Of a stretch of 56,516 bases of DNA, positions 47,663 through 56,516 are shown in pieces. Below the pieces are notes generated by a model. It did not search any database. It was given only the letters and a program-made list of their open reading frames with translations, and had not been told where the DNA came from. Source of the stretch: a virus. Taxonomy: Duplodnaviria; Caudoviricetes. The position numbers and the translations under genes were made by a program. Within the stretch, counting starts at the first letter, position 1. Each line of letters starts with the position of its first letter. Location of the stretch: IMG/VR virus record IMGVR_UViG_3300037803_000024, positions 1 to 56,516 of that record, one strand, 5' to 3'.

Positions 47663-50600
47663 GGCAGGCTTCCGGGCAGGAATACCTCGTTGGACAGGGG
47701 GGACCATGGCCCTTCAAGGCCCGGTCCGGCGGTGTAGCGGGCGTGCATCGTCACGTGCGAGCCAATGGCGTACTCCCGTTCGTCGGTGGACGTGGCGGCG
47801 GGCTGTGACACGAGGCCGCCGGGATCGGTCACACCGTCGATAAAATATTCCAGTTCCAGCGCGTCGGTGGTGTTGGTATTGAGCCACGTGGCGACCACCG
47901 ACTGATTGTCACCATCCACCGCACCCCTTTCGAGGAATGGGGTGCGCGGAGCCGAGTTCGGCACTTCGCCACTGCCCGGCCCTACGCCCACGATGGCGAT
48001 GGTGGCTTCTTCCTTGGCGAACCTGTCTCCGGCGTAGCCTCGCACATGCACGTAATGTACACCGTTCTGCACGCTCCAAGAAGCGATGCGGTTGGGCCTG
48101 CGGTACTCGCCCTGCGAGAACGTGTCGTCGGGAATCCCGGCGGTCACGGGAGAGGCGCCCACGTTATCCCATGCGCGCCACGACTCCACCTGATCGTTGT
48201 AGTCCACTTCCACGTTCAGCGTGCCGATGGGATCATGCGTCAGGGTGATGGAGAAGATAGAGGGACGCCTGCCGATGCCCGCCACGTCCACGCCCCTGCG
48301 GCGCCATTCCTGCCAGTGGCCCTTGGGCTTGTCCGTGCACTGCCAGCGCGTCACGGCGACACCCGGCGCGTCTCCGGAGTGCGACGCGGAGAACACCGCT
48401 GCCAGCAAGGGTTCATCCCACAGGATTTCGTTCTCACCCCATTCCACCATCACATCTATGGCCGCGAACGGAGCGAACTTGGTCTCCACCTCCACCGGGA
48501 ACGGCGCGCTGCTCACGTCCGCGTAGGCGGCAGCCACCATCGCGTCCAACTCCGGCTGCGTGTCGCACGCGCTCGCCTGATCTTCGTCAAACTGGAGGAA
48601 GAGCGGGCCGTAAAGGTCCACCAGCGGGTCCGTGGGCACGTCCACCTCTTCTGGCAGTTGCGAGACAAGGATTTCGCCCGTCTCGCTGTCCACGCATCGC
48701 CCACGCACGATGGTGCGCAGGTTCTCGCCGCTGGTGGAGAGGCGATTGACTTCAAGGTACGTTTCAGGCCCGACGCGGTATTCTGCGGTGTCGGCGGCGC
48801 GGTCTGGTTCGATTACGGTGATCTGAGATTCGGTTGGCCCATCCACCTGACGGATGCTCTTGCCGCCCCATTGGAGCGCAACCTGTTGCAGTCCCTCCCA
48901 CACCTTCACGTCCTTGGGTATCCACTCCGTGACGGCGAAGCGCGCGCCCGTGGTCGCATCCACGAGCACGTACTGGCCCGCACCCATGTGGGCGTCAACG
49001 TACGCCTGCATCACGTCGAACGCGTCGGGGGGATCGTCCGGGTCTCCGTAGCGGGTTTCCGTGCGCATCTGCGTGTCCGCCAGCTTCCCGGCATAATCAC
49101 GCGCGGGCACGGTGATGTCGCCCGTCTTGCGCGGCCAGTCGATGTCATCCGTGACGCCGCGCCAGTGAAAGCCAGCTAGCCAATCGGCGGCCGTGGGTTG
49201 CCTGCTCACCTTCGCCACGCTGCCGCTCGCCACGTCGTTGGTGAGCGGCGATACGGTGAGCGTCGTTGCTCCGGCCGCCGTCTCCTCCATCACCATGGCC
49301 TTCGCGAACGGGAAGTGCAGCACGGAGCCTGCGCCAACGTCGCTGTTCAGCGGTTTTACGGTCAACGACTCGTCGCCGTAATCTGCCGGTGAGGCCAGCG
49401 TCACGCGCGAATCGACACGCAGGTTGCAGGCGCGGAACTCCACCTCGCGATTCCAGTCGAGCGCCGGGGCAAACACCTCTCCATTTTGGTTCAGTGCTGA
49501 ACCAGTTACCAGCGGGGCCAGCGAAACCCCGCCAACCTGGCGGTGCAGGCTGAACGAAGCGGAGCCGATGGGCGTATCCACGTCCGCCGGTGTAACCCGC
49601 CACGATTTAATCCAGTTCTGCCCGCCGAAGTCCCGGTACGACTGCATCACTGTGCCATCACCTTCGGGGCGCTCGATCAGCAAATCGACTTCGGTGACGA
49701 ACTCACGCGATTCCCACAGGTTGAGGGTCTGGAATGGATCGGACGGCACCCATGCGCTCGTCAACCCAAACGCGTCCTCATCCTGCACCTCAAGTTGCAG
49801 GTCAGGATCAAGCACAGGCCGCCCGCCGTCGCCTTCCGCTCCTTCCGGCAAGCTCACCACGTAGAACGCACCAGAGAGCGCTACGGGCGTCGCTGCCACC
49901 ACGAGGGTGTCCGTGGATATCCTGCGCACCCTCGCGCGCCTGAACGCGTGTGAGGCCCCTTGGGGATGCGAATACGCGGCCGCCCAGCCTATCACCGTCG
50001 TGCGCCGGATGTCGGATACGGAGACAGGCTCGGGATCGGCGGGCGGGAGCAGTGGAGCAGGCGCTGAATCTCCAGCCGTGCCGATGGAGAAGTGCGTAGG
50101 CTGGACGCGGTTGGCGGTGTAGCACTCCACCAGCGGATAGACGCCGGTGCCACTCCACGTCGGCTCGAACGTCGTTTGGTCTACCTGCCAAGCGCCCGGA
50201 ACGCTATCGCCCTCCAGCCACGCCTTCCCGCGCACGCGCAGGCTCGCCCCGGCGCCCTCCATCCTGCACAGGAAGTTGAGGAGCGCGCCAGCGCCAGGAT
50301 CGGAGCCCGCGAAGGCGTAGGTTGAGCCCAGCTCCGAATACGAGCCGTTGGCGGCGCGCGAAACGATGATGTTGGTGCGGGTGATGGTCAGGCCCAGCGC
50401 GGTCTTCGCCACTGTGGGAGCGCTTGACCACGCCAGCCACAGGCCGCCGCCTACAGCCGGAATCCAGCCCTGAAGCCAGAACTCCACGGCGCCGCCCATC
50501 GCTGACCACGCACCCGCCCCCGTGAACGCCAGCGCGTTCCACTCACCCTGCGTCTGGAGTTGCAGGCTGCGGCCCAGCGGAGCGCCAACGTCGGTGGCGA

Positions 50601-50706
50601 CCTCCCACACTGGATCGCTGTAGCCGTCTGAATGCCAGACCTCTACCGTGGCGGGCGGATGCGTTCCGAGCGGCGCGGTGCCCAGCGGGTAGCGGTATTG
50701 GGCCAC
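47659..50706 (-). CDS. Large tail tip / hub protein
   Basis: 1015 aa after the distal tail gene; FN3-like C-terminus ending GPWSPLSNEV. Confidence 0.65.
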   Translation of the reverse strand: MAQYRYPLGTAPLGTHPPATVEVWHSDGYSDPVWEVATDVGAPLGRSLQLQTQGEWNALAFTGAGAWSAMGGAVEFWLQGWIPAVGGGLWLAWSSAPTVAKTALGLTITRTNIIVSRAANGSYSELGSTYAFAGSDPGAGALLNFLCRMEGAGASLRVRGKAWLEGDSVPGAWQVDQTTFEPTWSGTGVYPLVECYTANRVQPTHFSIGTAGDSAPAPLLPPADPEPVSVSDIRRTTVIGWAAAYSHPQGASHAFRRARVRRISTDTLVVAATPVALSGAFYVVSLPEGAEGDGGRPVLDPDLQLEVQDEDAFGLTSAWVPSDPFQTLNLWESREFVTEVDLLIERPEGDGTVMQSYRDFGGQNWIKSWRVTPADVDTPIGSASFSLHRQVGGVSLAPLVTGSALNQNGEVFAPALDWNREVEFRACNLRVDSRVTLASPADYGDESLTVKPLNSDVGAGSVLHFPFAKAMVMEETAAGATTLTVSPLTNDVASGSVAKVSRQPTAADWLAGFHWRGVTDDIDWPRKTGDITVPARDYAGKLADTQMRTETRYGDPDDPPDAFDVMQAYVDAHMGAGQYVLVDATTGARFAVTEWIPKDVKVWEGLQQVALQWGGKSIRQVDGPTESQITVIEPDRAADTAEYRVGPETYLEVNRLSTSGENLRTIVRGRCVDSETGEILVSQLPEEVDVPTDPLVDLYGPLFLQFDEDQASACDTQPELDAMVAAAYADVSSAPFPVEVETKFAPFAAIDVMVEWGENEILWDEPLLAAVFSASHSGDAPGVAVTRWQCTDKPKGHWQEWRRRGVDVAGIGRRPSIFSITLTHDPIGTLNVEVDYNDQVESWRAWDNVGASPVTAGIPDDTFSQGEYRRPNRIASWSVQNGVHYVHVRGYAGDRFAKEEATIAIVGVGPGSGEVPNSAPRTPFLERGAVDGDNQSVVATWLNTNTTDALELEYFIDGVTDPGGLVSQPAATSTDEREYAIGSHVTMHARYTAGPGLEGPWSPLSNEVFLPGSLP

Positions 50707-50707
50707 G

Positions 50708-51067
50708 TCACGCCTCCCTGAACGTCAGCGTGGGCGCCACGTTGACCGCCGTGTAATCGGTAGGTCCACTCTGCACGTCTGGACCCTCCGGTGCCGTCTC
50801 CACCGTCACGATGCAGAGCACCTCTTCACCGTTCAGCACCAAGCCGGAGCACAGCACCGCGCCAGCGTCCACCACGGCGCGCAGGCTCGCCTCTTCTGCG
50901 GGGGTGATCCAGTCGCACGTTCCATCCCACACCCTTCGAGGCGAGTCGCGACCGTCAGCCAGACGATTGTTGAACGACGCGGACACATCACCGCGATACT
51001 CGTTGGCGCGGCGCTGGAAGGACGTGAGCCTTAATCCGATACCGCCTACGCTGATTGAATCAGCCAT
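50708..51067 (-). CDS. Distal tail protein
   Basis: Directly downstream of the tape measure gene. Confidence 0.5.
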   Translation of the reverse strand: MADSISVGGIGLRLTSFQRRANEYRGDVSASFNNRLADGRDSPRRVWDGTCDWITPAEEASLRAVVDAGAVLCSGLVLNGEEVLCIVTVETAPEGPDVQSGPTDYTAVNVAPTLTFREA

Positions 51068-51070
51068 GGT

Positions 51071-53722
51071 CTATCCCAACTGCGCGGCCAAGGTGCGCAT
51101 ACTGGGCGTGAATCGTGCCCTGCGCCGAATTTCAATGATCAAACGGTCCGTGAACTCAACTATGTCCTCTCCCGGCGCTGCGTGAATGTGGATTTCACCA
51201 ATGCGCGGCGCGAAGGCTGAGGACGCCTGCACACTCCCGCTCCTCACGCTCTCCGTGGGCACGTTCATGGGCGCAGTGGCTTCGAAGCGGTACTTTGCGA
51301 TCTTGAAGCCCTGCACCGCGTTGATTACTGATTCCGACAGGCGGTTGAGGTTCTCCGTCGTCTTGTTCAGCGCGTCGTCAAAACTCAGCCCTTGGAGTTC
51401 CTTGCGCTTCTTCTTGATTTCGTCGGCTGCGTCAAAGAAGGAGTCCGCGCTGCCACGCAGGCTGTTGCCGAGCTTAACCAGCCCGTTACCCGGATTCCCG
51501 AACGGGTCGAGGAAGTTGATGACCTTGCCGATGGCGCGCACGAACCAGCCGATGCCTTTCAGCAGCGTGCCAATCACGCGGTCGAAGGCTTCCATCACGT
51601 AGGACAGCACGATTGCCAGCGCCTTCAAAATCGGATAGAGCAACCGCAGAATCGGCACGAGGGCAACCCCAACGATTTCACCGAATATTCTCAGAGGCGA
51701 CACAAGCGCGTCGATCGCCGGGCCTAGCACCGAAAAGGCTCCGTCGAGTACCGTCATTCCGGTAGCGAATGCCGCCCCCAAACCTGCGGCTTGAGCGGTA
51801 GTAAGGTCGCCCTCCTTCTTCAGCGCGCTTGCGAGGCGAATAGTATCACCCAAGAAGCGAGAGGCGCCGCTCGCTACTTGCGCAAGCCCTTCCGCTAGGG
51901 AGCGCCCTAACTGCAACGACGCCTCTCGCACAAAGCCCAGCGCACGGCCCAAGGCGTTTAGTTGAATTTCCACGGTCCGAATCGGCCCGCTGGCTAGCCG
52001 GTTCGCGTCGCGTGCGGGCAATTCGCCCACCGTAGACACGATCTGGCCCACATTGCGCGCCGGGCCGCCGCCAAGCGGAGACGCGGGCAGGAGGCCGATG
52101 CGGGCCTTCATCTGGAAATCCTGCGCTAGTGCCTTCAATTCTACCCGTGCGTCCCGCAGTTGCGCACGCAGCACGTCGATGCCCCATGTCAACTGTGGCG
52201 GCGGAGTGCGACCCGCCCGCTGGAACGCCTTCAACCCATCCTGTAGCGTATCCAGCTCGTTGCCCAGCTGATCCACGAGCCGGACCTGCTCTTGCATGTT
52301 GTCGGGGAGCAGGTTGAGCGATGGCACGTTGAAGCGCTGGAGCACCGCCAGTTCGCGCAGGCGGTCGGTGAGACGGTCCAGCAGCCCCGCCATCTTGTCC
52401 GCGCCGCCGGGCGGCACCAGCGGACGCGAGGCGCCTGCGGCCGCAGCTCGCGCGTTTTCCTCTACGGTGATGGCGGTAAGTTCTGCGGCCTTCGCCTCGA
52501 TCATCGCATTGAGGTTGCGGACCGTAGCCATCTGCTGCGTGGTGGCGTCGCTGACAGGTCCTCCGCCGCGCGTCACTTCGCCGATGTGCGCTTGCAGGGC
52601 ATTGCGGGCGCGCATCATGGCGCCGACGCTGGCGGTGGTAGCCTGGAAACGCGCGTCCAGTGTGGCCTTGTCCATGCCCGACAGCGCGGCCCTGAAGTCT
52701 GCCGCAGCCTGCACGGCGGCGGCAGCCGCGTCCAGCGCTTCCAGCTTGGTACGTGCGAAGGCCGCAGCCAGCAACCCCAGCGCGAGCAGGATGCCGCCCG
52801 TCGCGATGGTGCCCGCGAGCCCGGCGACCCCCAGCGCGGCCGAGAGTGATACGACCGCCGTAATCATCTGGCCGATGGCGAAGATGAGCGGTCCAACGAC
52901 GGCCAGCACCGCGCCGAAGGCCAGCGCGCTCTTGATCGTTTCAGGGTTGAGCTTGCGCGCGCCCTCCAGCAGGTTCGCCAGCCCCTCAATCAGCGGCACC
53001 ACGGCAGGAAGCAGTTGCTCACCAATCGCCACCTTGGCCTTGAACAGCGAATCGGAGAGGTTTTCGAACGAATTCTTCACGCCGCCACTCACCTTGGGCA
53101 GCTTATCCAGTTGATCGGTGAGGCGCGTGAGGAACTGATCGGTGGTCAGTCCAAGCTTCTGAATCTGCTCCGGGTCCACGGTGCCGAACGCCTGACGCAG
53201 CGCATTGCCCACGGCCGGTGCGGCGTCGATGATGGGGCGCAGGTCCGAACCCAGCACGCGGCCCTTCGCCGCCAACTGTCCAAGCTGCGTGGTGATCGTG
53301 TCGAGTTGCTGCTTCCCGCCGCCGGTGAGCGCGATGGCGTTGCCGAAACTGCGCAGCGCGCGTTCGGTGAGTTGCACACTGAGGCCAGCCGCCTGCAAGC
53401 GGATACTACCCTGAATCGCTTCCTTGAAGCCCAGCCCCGGCAGTCGCGCCACGTCCTCCAGCCGCGTCAGCTGCTCTTCCGCCGCCTTGCTGGACCCGGC
53501 GATGGCGGTGAGGCCGCGGCGCAGGCTGTCCATGTCGGCGGCGGCGCTTGTTACCGCCACTCCGATACCCACCAGCGGCAGCGTGAGCCCCACGGACATG
53601 GCGGTGCCTGCGCTCTTGACGCCCGCAGCGAAGCGCTGGACAGCGGCGGTGCCTTTGTCCAGTTCCTTGTACAGGTTCGCCAGATTGGCGTTCGCTTCGA
53701 CTACAAGCTTGGCAATCGCCAT
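51071..53722 (-). CDS. Tape measure protein
   Basis: 883 aa, Ala/Gly/Leu-rich; GLTLPLVGIG and the AGSSKAAEEQL...FGNAIA...QLGQLAAKGRV tape-measure domain. Confidence 0.9.
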   Translation of the reverse strand: MAIAKLVVEANANLANLYKELDKGTAAVQRFAAGVKSAGTAMSVGLTLPLVGIGVAVTSAAADMDSLRRGLTAIAGSSKAAEEQLTRLEDVARLPGLGFKEAIQGSIRLQAAGLSVQLTERALRSFGNAIALTGGGKQQLDTITTQLGQLAAKGRVLGSDLRPIIDAAPAVGNALRQAFGTVDPEQIQKLGLTTDQFLTRLTDQLDKLPKVSGGVKNSFENLSDSLFKAKVAIGEQLLPAVVPLIEGLANLLEGARKLNPETIKSALAFGAVLAVVGPLIFAIGQMITAVVSLSAALGVAGLAGTIATGGILLALGLLAAAFARTKLEALDAAAAAVQAAADFRAALSGMDKATLDARFQATTASVGAMMRARNALQAHIGEVTRGGGPVSDATTQQMATVRNLNAMIEAKAAELTAITVEENARAAAAGASRPLVPPGGADKMAGLLDRLTDRLRELAVLQRFNVPSLNLLPDNMQEQVRLVDQLGNELDTLQDGLKAFQRAGRTPPPQLTWGIDVLRAQLRDARVELKALAQDFQMKARIGLLPASPLGGGPARNVGQIVSTVGELPARDANRLASGPIRTVEIQLNALGRALGFVREASLQLGRSLAEGLAQVASGASRFLGDTIRLASALKKEGDLTTAQAAGLGAAFATGMTVLDGAFSVLGPAIDALVSPLRIFGEIVGVALVPILRLLYPILKALAIVLSYVMEAFDRVIGTLLKGIGWFVRAIGKVINFLDPFGNPGNGLVKLGNSLRGSADSFFDAADEIKKKRKELQGLSFDDALNKTTENLNRLSESVINAVQGFKIAKYRFEATAPMNVPTESVRSGSVQASSAFAPRIGEIHIHAAPGEDIVEFTDRLIIEIRRRARFTPSMRTLAAQLG

Positions 53723-53772
53723 GCGCTACACAGCCTCCAGACGTTCAAGGGGCGGCGGTGGACCGCCTCCGA

Positions 53773-53937
53773 TCAGCTAAGTCCACCGACGCCCCAAAAC
53801 ACAGCGGGATACTTCTTCGCTACGCGGGCAAAGCGCTCCAATTCGATTTGCGAGAGCCGCTCGCCTAGCTCTCCGGGGAGGATACCAAAGCGGGCACAGA
53901 GACAGTCGAAGAAGTCCTGCCCGCTATCGGAGGGTTT
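53773..53937 (-). CDS. Tail assembly chaperone -1 frameshift extension (gpGT-like)
   Basis: Slippery A AAC CCT (53937-53931) leads into KPSDSGQDFFDCLCARFG... Confidence 0.65.
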   Translation of the reverse strand, partial: KPSDSGQDFFDCLCARFGILPGELGERLSQIELERFARVAKKYPAVFWGVGGLS

Positions 53938-54257
53938 TCGGCAGCCGCAATCCCCATCAGTTCGTTGTGGGCGTTGACCACGGCGGTCATGTCGTCGATG
54001 TGCCACGTCGCGATTTCGTCCCGGTCCGGCAGGAGGTTCCAGTTGTAGAGCGGAACGCCCGGGTTGTCGGGGTCCTCCACGGCGTAGGCGACCATCGCAG
54101 AGCCACGGTCCTGTTCCGCGGCGGCGTTGGCGCGCTGCATGTCGCCGCTCATCAGCGTGCGCACGGTCACTTTCACGCCGGTCTGCGGCAGGGTGATAAC
54201 CTTGCGCTTGACCAGCGCCTTGCTCTTCTCGTTGAGCGTCTCGCGTAGCGATGCCAT
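53865..54257 (-). CDS. Tail assembly chaperone (gpG-like)
   Basis: Between the tail tube and tape measure genes; contains the slippery site. Confidence 0.75.
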   Translation of the reverse strand: MASLRETLNEKSKALVKRKVITLPQTGVKVTVRTLMSGDMQRANAAAEQDRGSAMVAYAVEDPDNPGVPLYNWNLLPDRDEIATWHIDDMTAVVNAHNELMGIAAAENPPIAGRTSSTVSVPALVSSPES

Positions 54258-54261
54258 GGGA

Positions 54262-54690
54262 TCAGGCCAGAGTCACGGTGGTGGGGGCGTCGTCCACACC
54301 TTCGAAGGAGAAGGAACGGCTGATGATTTCCGTGGTGGCGTCCAGTGGCAGGTTGTGCGCGGTGATGTTCACCTCGCCCTGTTCCACCTTGGCGCTAGTG
54401 GCCGTGCCTTCAGGGCAGAACTGGAGGAACACGGTTGTGCCGTTGCGCTTGGCGGTTTTGAGCACTTCCTGACCCGACGTGTCGCCGCTGTCGAACAGCA
54501 CGGTGATGTCGCCGCCCCATGTGTTGTCGCCGGGGCGGCGCACGGACCCGCCGAGGTAGCGCACCTTGGACGCCCCTTCCTGCCCCTCATTGCTGTTGGC
54601 CGCCGTCACCTTGCCGATGGAGGTGTAGGTGCCGCTCACCGTAGTGGAGACGCGCACGCGTGCGTTGACGGGGTCGAACGGGAACGCCAT
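54262..54690 (-). CDS. Major tail tube protein
   Basis: 142 aa; GGDITVLFDSGDTSGQEVLK...FSFEG pattern; synteny. Confidence 0.75.
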   Translation of the reverse strand: MAFPFDPVNARVRVSTTVSGTYTSIGKVTAANSNEGQEGASKVRYLGGSVRRPGDNTWGGDITVLFDSGDTSGQEVLKTAKRNGTTVFLQFCPEGTATSAKVEQGEVNITAHNLPLDATTEIISRSFSFEGVDDAPTTVTLA

Positions 54691-54715
54691 GGGTGTATCC
54701 TCGCGTCGAGTGGGG

Positions 54716-54946
54716 TTAGTCGTTGCGGGCGGCGTCCTGTACGCGCTCCACGATCTCCGTTTTGGTGCCTTCGGTCGCGACGCCCACTGCCGCCGCGCGC
54801 TCCACCAGTTCGTCCTTGCCCAGCGTAGCGGCCTCGCGCGCCAGCCGCCCGCGCTCGTTGGTCAGGTTGGGCATGGTGAACGTCTCGAACACCATGGGTT
54901 CGGCGTTGGACGTGATTTCCTTCGGCTTGGCGGTATCCTTCGGCAT
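54716..54946 (-). CDS. Small SAP/HeH-like domain protein
   Basis: KDELVERAAAVGVATEGTKTEIVERV. Confidence 0.55.
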   Translation of the reverse strand: MPKDTAKPKEITSNAEPMVFETFTMPNLTNERGRLAREAATLGKDELVERAAAVGVATEGTKTEIVERVQDAARND

Positions 54947-55121
54947 TTCGCTTCTCCCTCGCGTCAGTCGTTGCCTAGGGTGCGTGGTGCGGGCGGTGGC
55001 GCGTCTTGCGGCTGCGAGGCGGGGAGCGTCGCCAGCAGGGCATCAGCGCCCATTACCACGGCCATGGCCTGTGCCCGTAGCGCCGTGGCCTGTTGGCGGA
55101 GTGCAGCAAGGGCTTCGTCCG

Positions 55122-55373
55122 TCATGCCGCTCCGCTATCTGCGGCGGTCTCCTGTACCGAATCCACCTCAAACGACTCCACCGCGGTTATCAGATCCGCC
55201 ACGTCGATGCCGAAGGTCAGCGTCGCCTCAAAGCCGTCCGTCTCTGCATCACACCTGAAGAAGACCCCGCGCACATGGTGAACCTTGGTGCCGTTCACCT
55301 CGACTCGGTACACGCCGCCGCCCATTTCCATCAGGCCCTGCCGCGCGTAGATGGTAAGCCGACGTTCTGCCAT
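55122..55373 (-). CDS. Hypothetical protein
   Basis: MAERRLTI start; ATGA-coupled to a 53-aa ORF at 54964-55125. Confidence 0.45.
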   Translation of the reverse strand: MAERRLTIYARQGLMEMGGGVYRVEVNGTKVHHVRGVFFRCDAETDGFEATLTFGIDVADLITAVESFEVDSVQETAADSGAA

Positions 55374-55447
55374 GATCGCACCTGTCGTTGGGGTCTGGTC
55401 TGGGAGACACGAACTCCCCTCCAAAGAAACGCTTCCGCTGGTTCATT

Positions 55448-55849
55448 TTACGTCTCCAGTGCAAGCACCCGGAACCTCATTGGTGCGTGCCGCTTGTTCG
55501 GTTCCTCCAGCACGGTTTCGAAGTCCAGCCGTAGCGCCGTGGACACGTGGCCCGTGATTGCCAGAGGGGCGCGAAGCGCCGTCTTGACCGCCGCCGCTAC
55601 CGCCGAGACACCTTCGTTTCCCGCAAGATCGCTGTCGAACGCGTGCACGGTGATCGTGTGGCCGAAGCCCCGCGTCCCCATGGCACCGCCTTCCTCAACT
55701 CCGGTGAGGCTGTCCACGGTGATCCACGGCGTTGCCGTGCTTGCCGGTGCCGCTGTGTCGTAGACCTTCTCCCCCACCAGCGCCGCAACGCCGCTGTCTC
55801 CCTTCAGGCGCGTGACTACGGCCACCTGTAGCAGATAGATGGCGCTCAC
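55448..55849 (-). CDS. Tail terminator (DUF3168-like)
   Basis: LQVAVVTRLKGDSGVAALVGEKVYD..P...PWITV...RHAPMRFR. Confidence 0.8.
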   Translation of the reverse strand: MSAIYLLQVAVVTRLKGDSGVAALVGEKVYDTAAPASTATPWITVDSLTGVEEGGAMGTRGFGHTITVHAFDSDLAGNEGVSAVAAAVKTALRAPLAITGHVSTALRLDFETVLEEPNKRHAPMRFRVLALET

Positions 55850-56241
55850 GCCCTGACGCTCTCCACGCCACGCCTGATGGCGTCGCCCACGGCCCTCGTC
55901 ACGCGCTCCCGATGCGCCTCGTGCACCCGGAACAGGAAGTCGTTGGCACTCTGCGTGGACGATCCCAGGATCACAGGGTAGAAGTAGGGATACAGTCCCG
56001 CATCTGCCCAATCGGTTTCGTCGTATCCCACGGTGAACGTCAGACCTTCCGGCGAGAACTCCAGCCGCGTGTGCGCCGCGAGAAAGCCCGTGCGCTTGGG
56101 CGCTTCCTGCACCGTGTCCTCGTGCTGATTCTTGCCTTCGCGCTGCATTGCCGCCCGGATGTTCCTGCCGATCTCCGCCTTGGCGACGTGCACGTTGGCG
56201 ATCAGCCCAGACACGCCGCGCACCTCCAGCCCACCGCTCAT
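55846..56241 (-). CDS. HK97 gp10-like neck protein
   Basis: VRGVSGL...APKRTGFLAAH...GSSTQSANDFL. Confidence 0.7.
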   Translation of the reverse strand: MSGGLEVRGVSGLIANVHVAKAEIGRNIRAAMQREGKNQHEDTVQEAPKRTGFLAAHTRLEFSPEGLTFTVGYDETDWADAGLYPYFYPVILGSSTQSANDFLFRVHEAHRERVTRAVGDAIRRGVESVRA

Positions 56242-56516
56242 ACGCTCCTCACGAATGCCTTGCGGTGGACGGCGAACGTGCTCTTGGGTGCCACGCCTTC
56301 GACGGTGTAGTTGACCGTTGTGCCGTGCCGCGCGCTTACGACTGACACCGTGTCCGTCCCCCGGATGTCCGTGCCCAGCGGCAGCGTGAGCTTTTCAAGC
56401 CCAACCTGCCGCAACTCGCCGGAAACGATGTCTTCCGTGTCCGTGGCGTCCAGCGGCCCGATGCGCCCCACGGTCTCCGTGTCCGTGTTCCCGCTCGCCA
56501 CCATCGCACCGCCTGC
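56238..56516 (-). CDS. Head-closure protein, 3' part (starts at 229)
   Basis: Continuous frame across the circular junction; LTLPLGTDIRGTDTV motif. Confidence 0.65.
   Translation of the reverse strand, partial: AGGAMVASGNTDTETVGRIGPLDATDTEDIVSGELRQVGLEKLTLPLGTDIRGTDTVSVVSARHGTTVNYTVEGVAPKSTFAVHRKAFVRSV
56390..56516. repeat. Second copy of the terminal 127-nt repeat
   Basis: Identical to 1-127. Confidence 0.95.

Noticed and set aside
46286-50706. Diversity-generating retroelement or invertible tail-fibre cassette
   Set aside because: No reverse transcriptase, invertase or template/variable repeat pair was seen; the short AQPLDA repeats are ordinary fibre repeats
231-53722. Genome-wide TAG reassignment (alternative genetic code)
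   Set aside because: Long genes are intact in code 11, and TAG terminates the adaptor, scaffold and tape measure genes at sensible positions; only one internal TAG was noticed

Overview
The window is an apparently complete, circularly assembled, GC-rich tailed (siphovirus-like) phage genome of about 56.4 kb. Bases 1-127 equal bases 56390-56516. Most genes are on the minus strand. Recognisable modules are packaging and head (TerS, TerL, probable portal, MuF-like, scaffold, decoration, major capsid), neck and tail (with a -1 frameshift in the chaperone gene), lysis (SH3+M15 endolysin, holin), replication and recombination (DUF1376, Toprim primase, SF2 helicase, ParB-like, 5'-3' exonuclease, Sak/Rad52, Gam-like), a C5 methyltransferase, an RNA ligase, an HD hydrolase and several HTH/RHH regulators with sigma70-like promoters. 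I found no integrase. The standout feature is four paralogous Cys/Thr/Ser-rich peptide genes sharing a K-L-x-L-D/E-x-x-x-L-x-V-E-S/T/L-F...G-(T)-V-x-G/A-H leader that resembles pinensin-type lanthipeptide (RiPP) precursors. They are inserted into the head and packaging region, and I recognise no maturation enzyme in the phage. One copy has an in-frame ochre codon in its leader. Other notable items are a long structured leader with two tRNA-like elements upstream of the capsid operon (one with CUA in an enlarged anticodon loop), an amber-interrupted gene, a TPR-like protein paired with a Gly-rich peptide in the lysis region, and a DDE-less IS1595-derived fusion protein. The host is tentatively Gemmatimonadota (Longimicrobium-like), from recalled family resemblance rather than a search. 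All family calls come from motif reading and synteny only.
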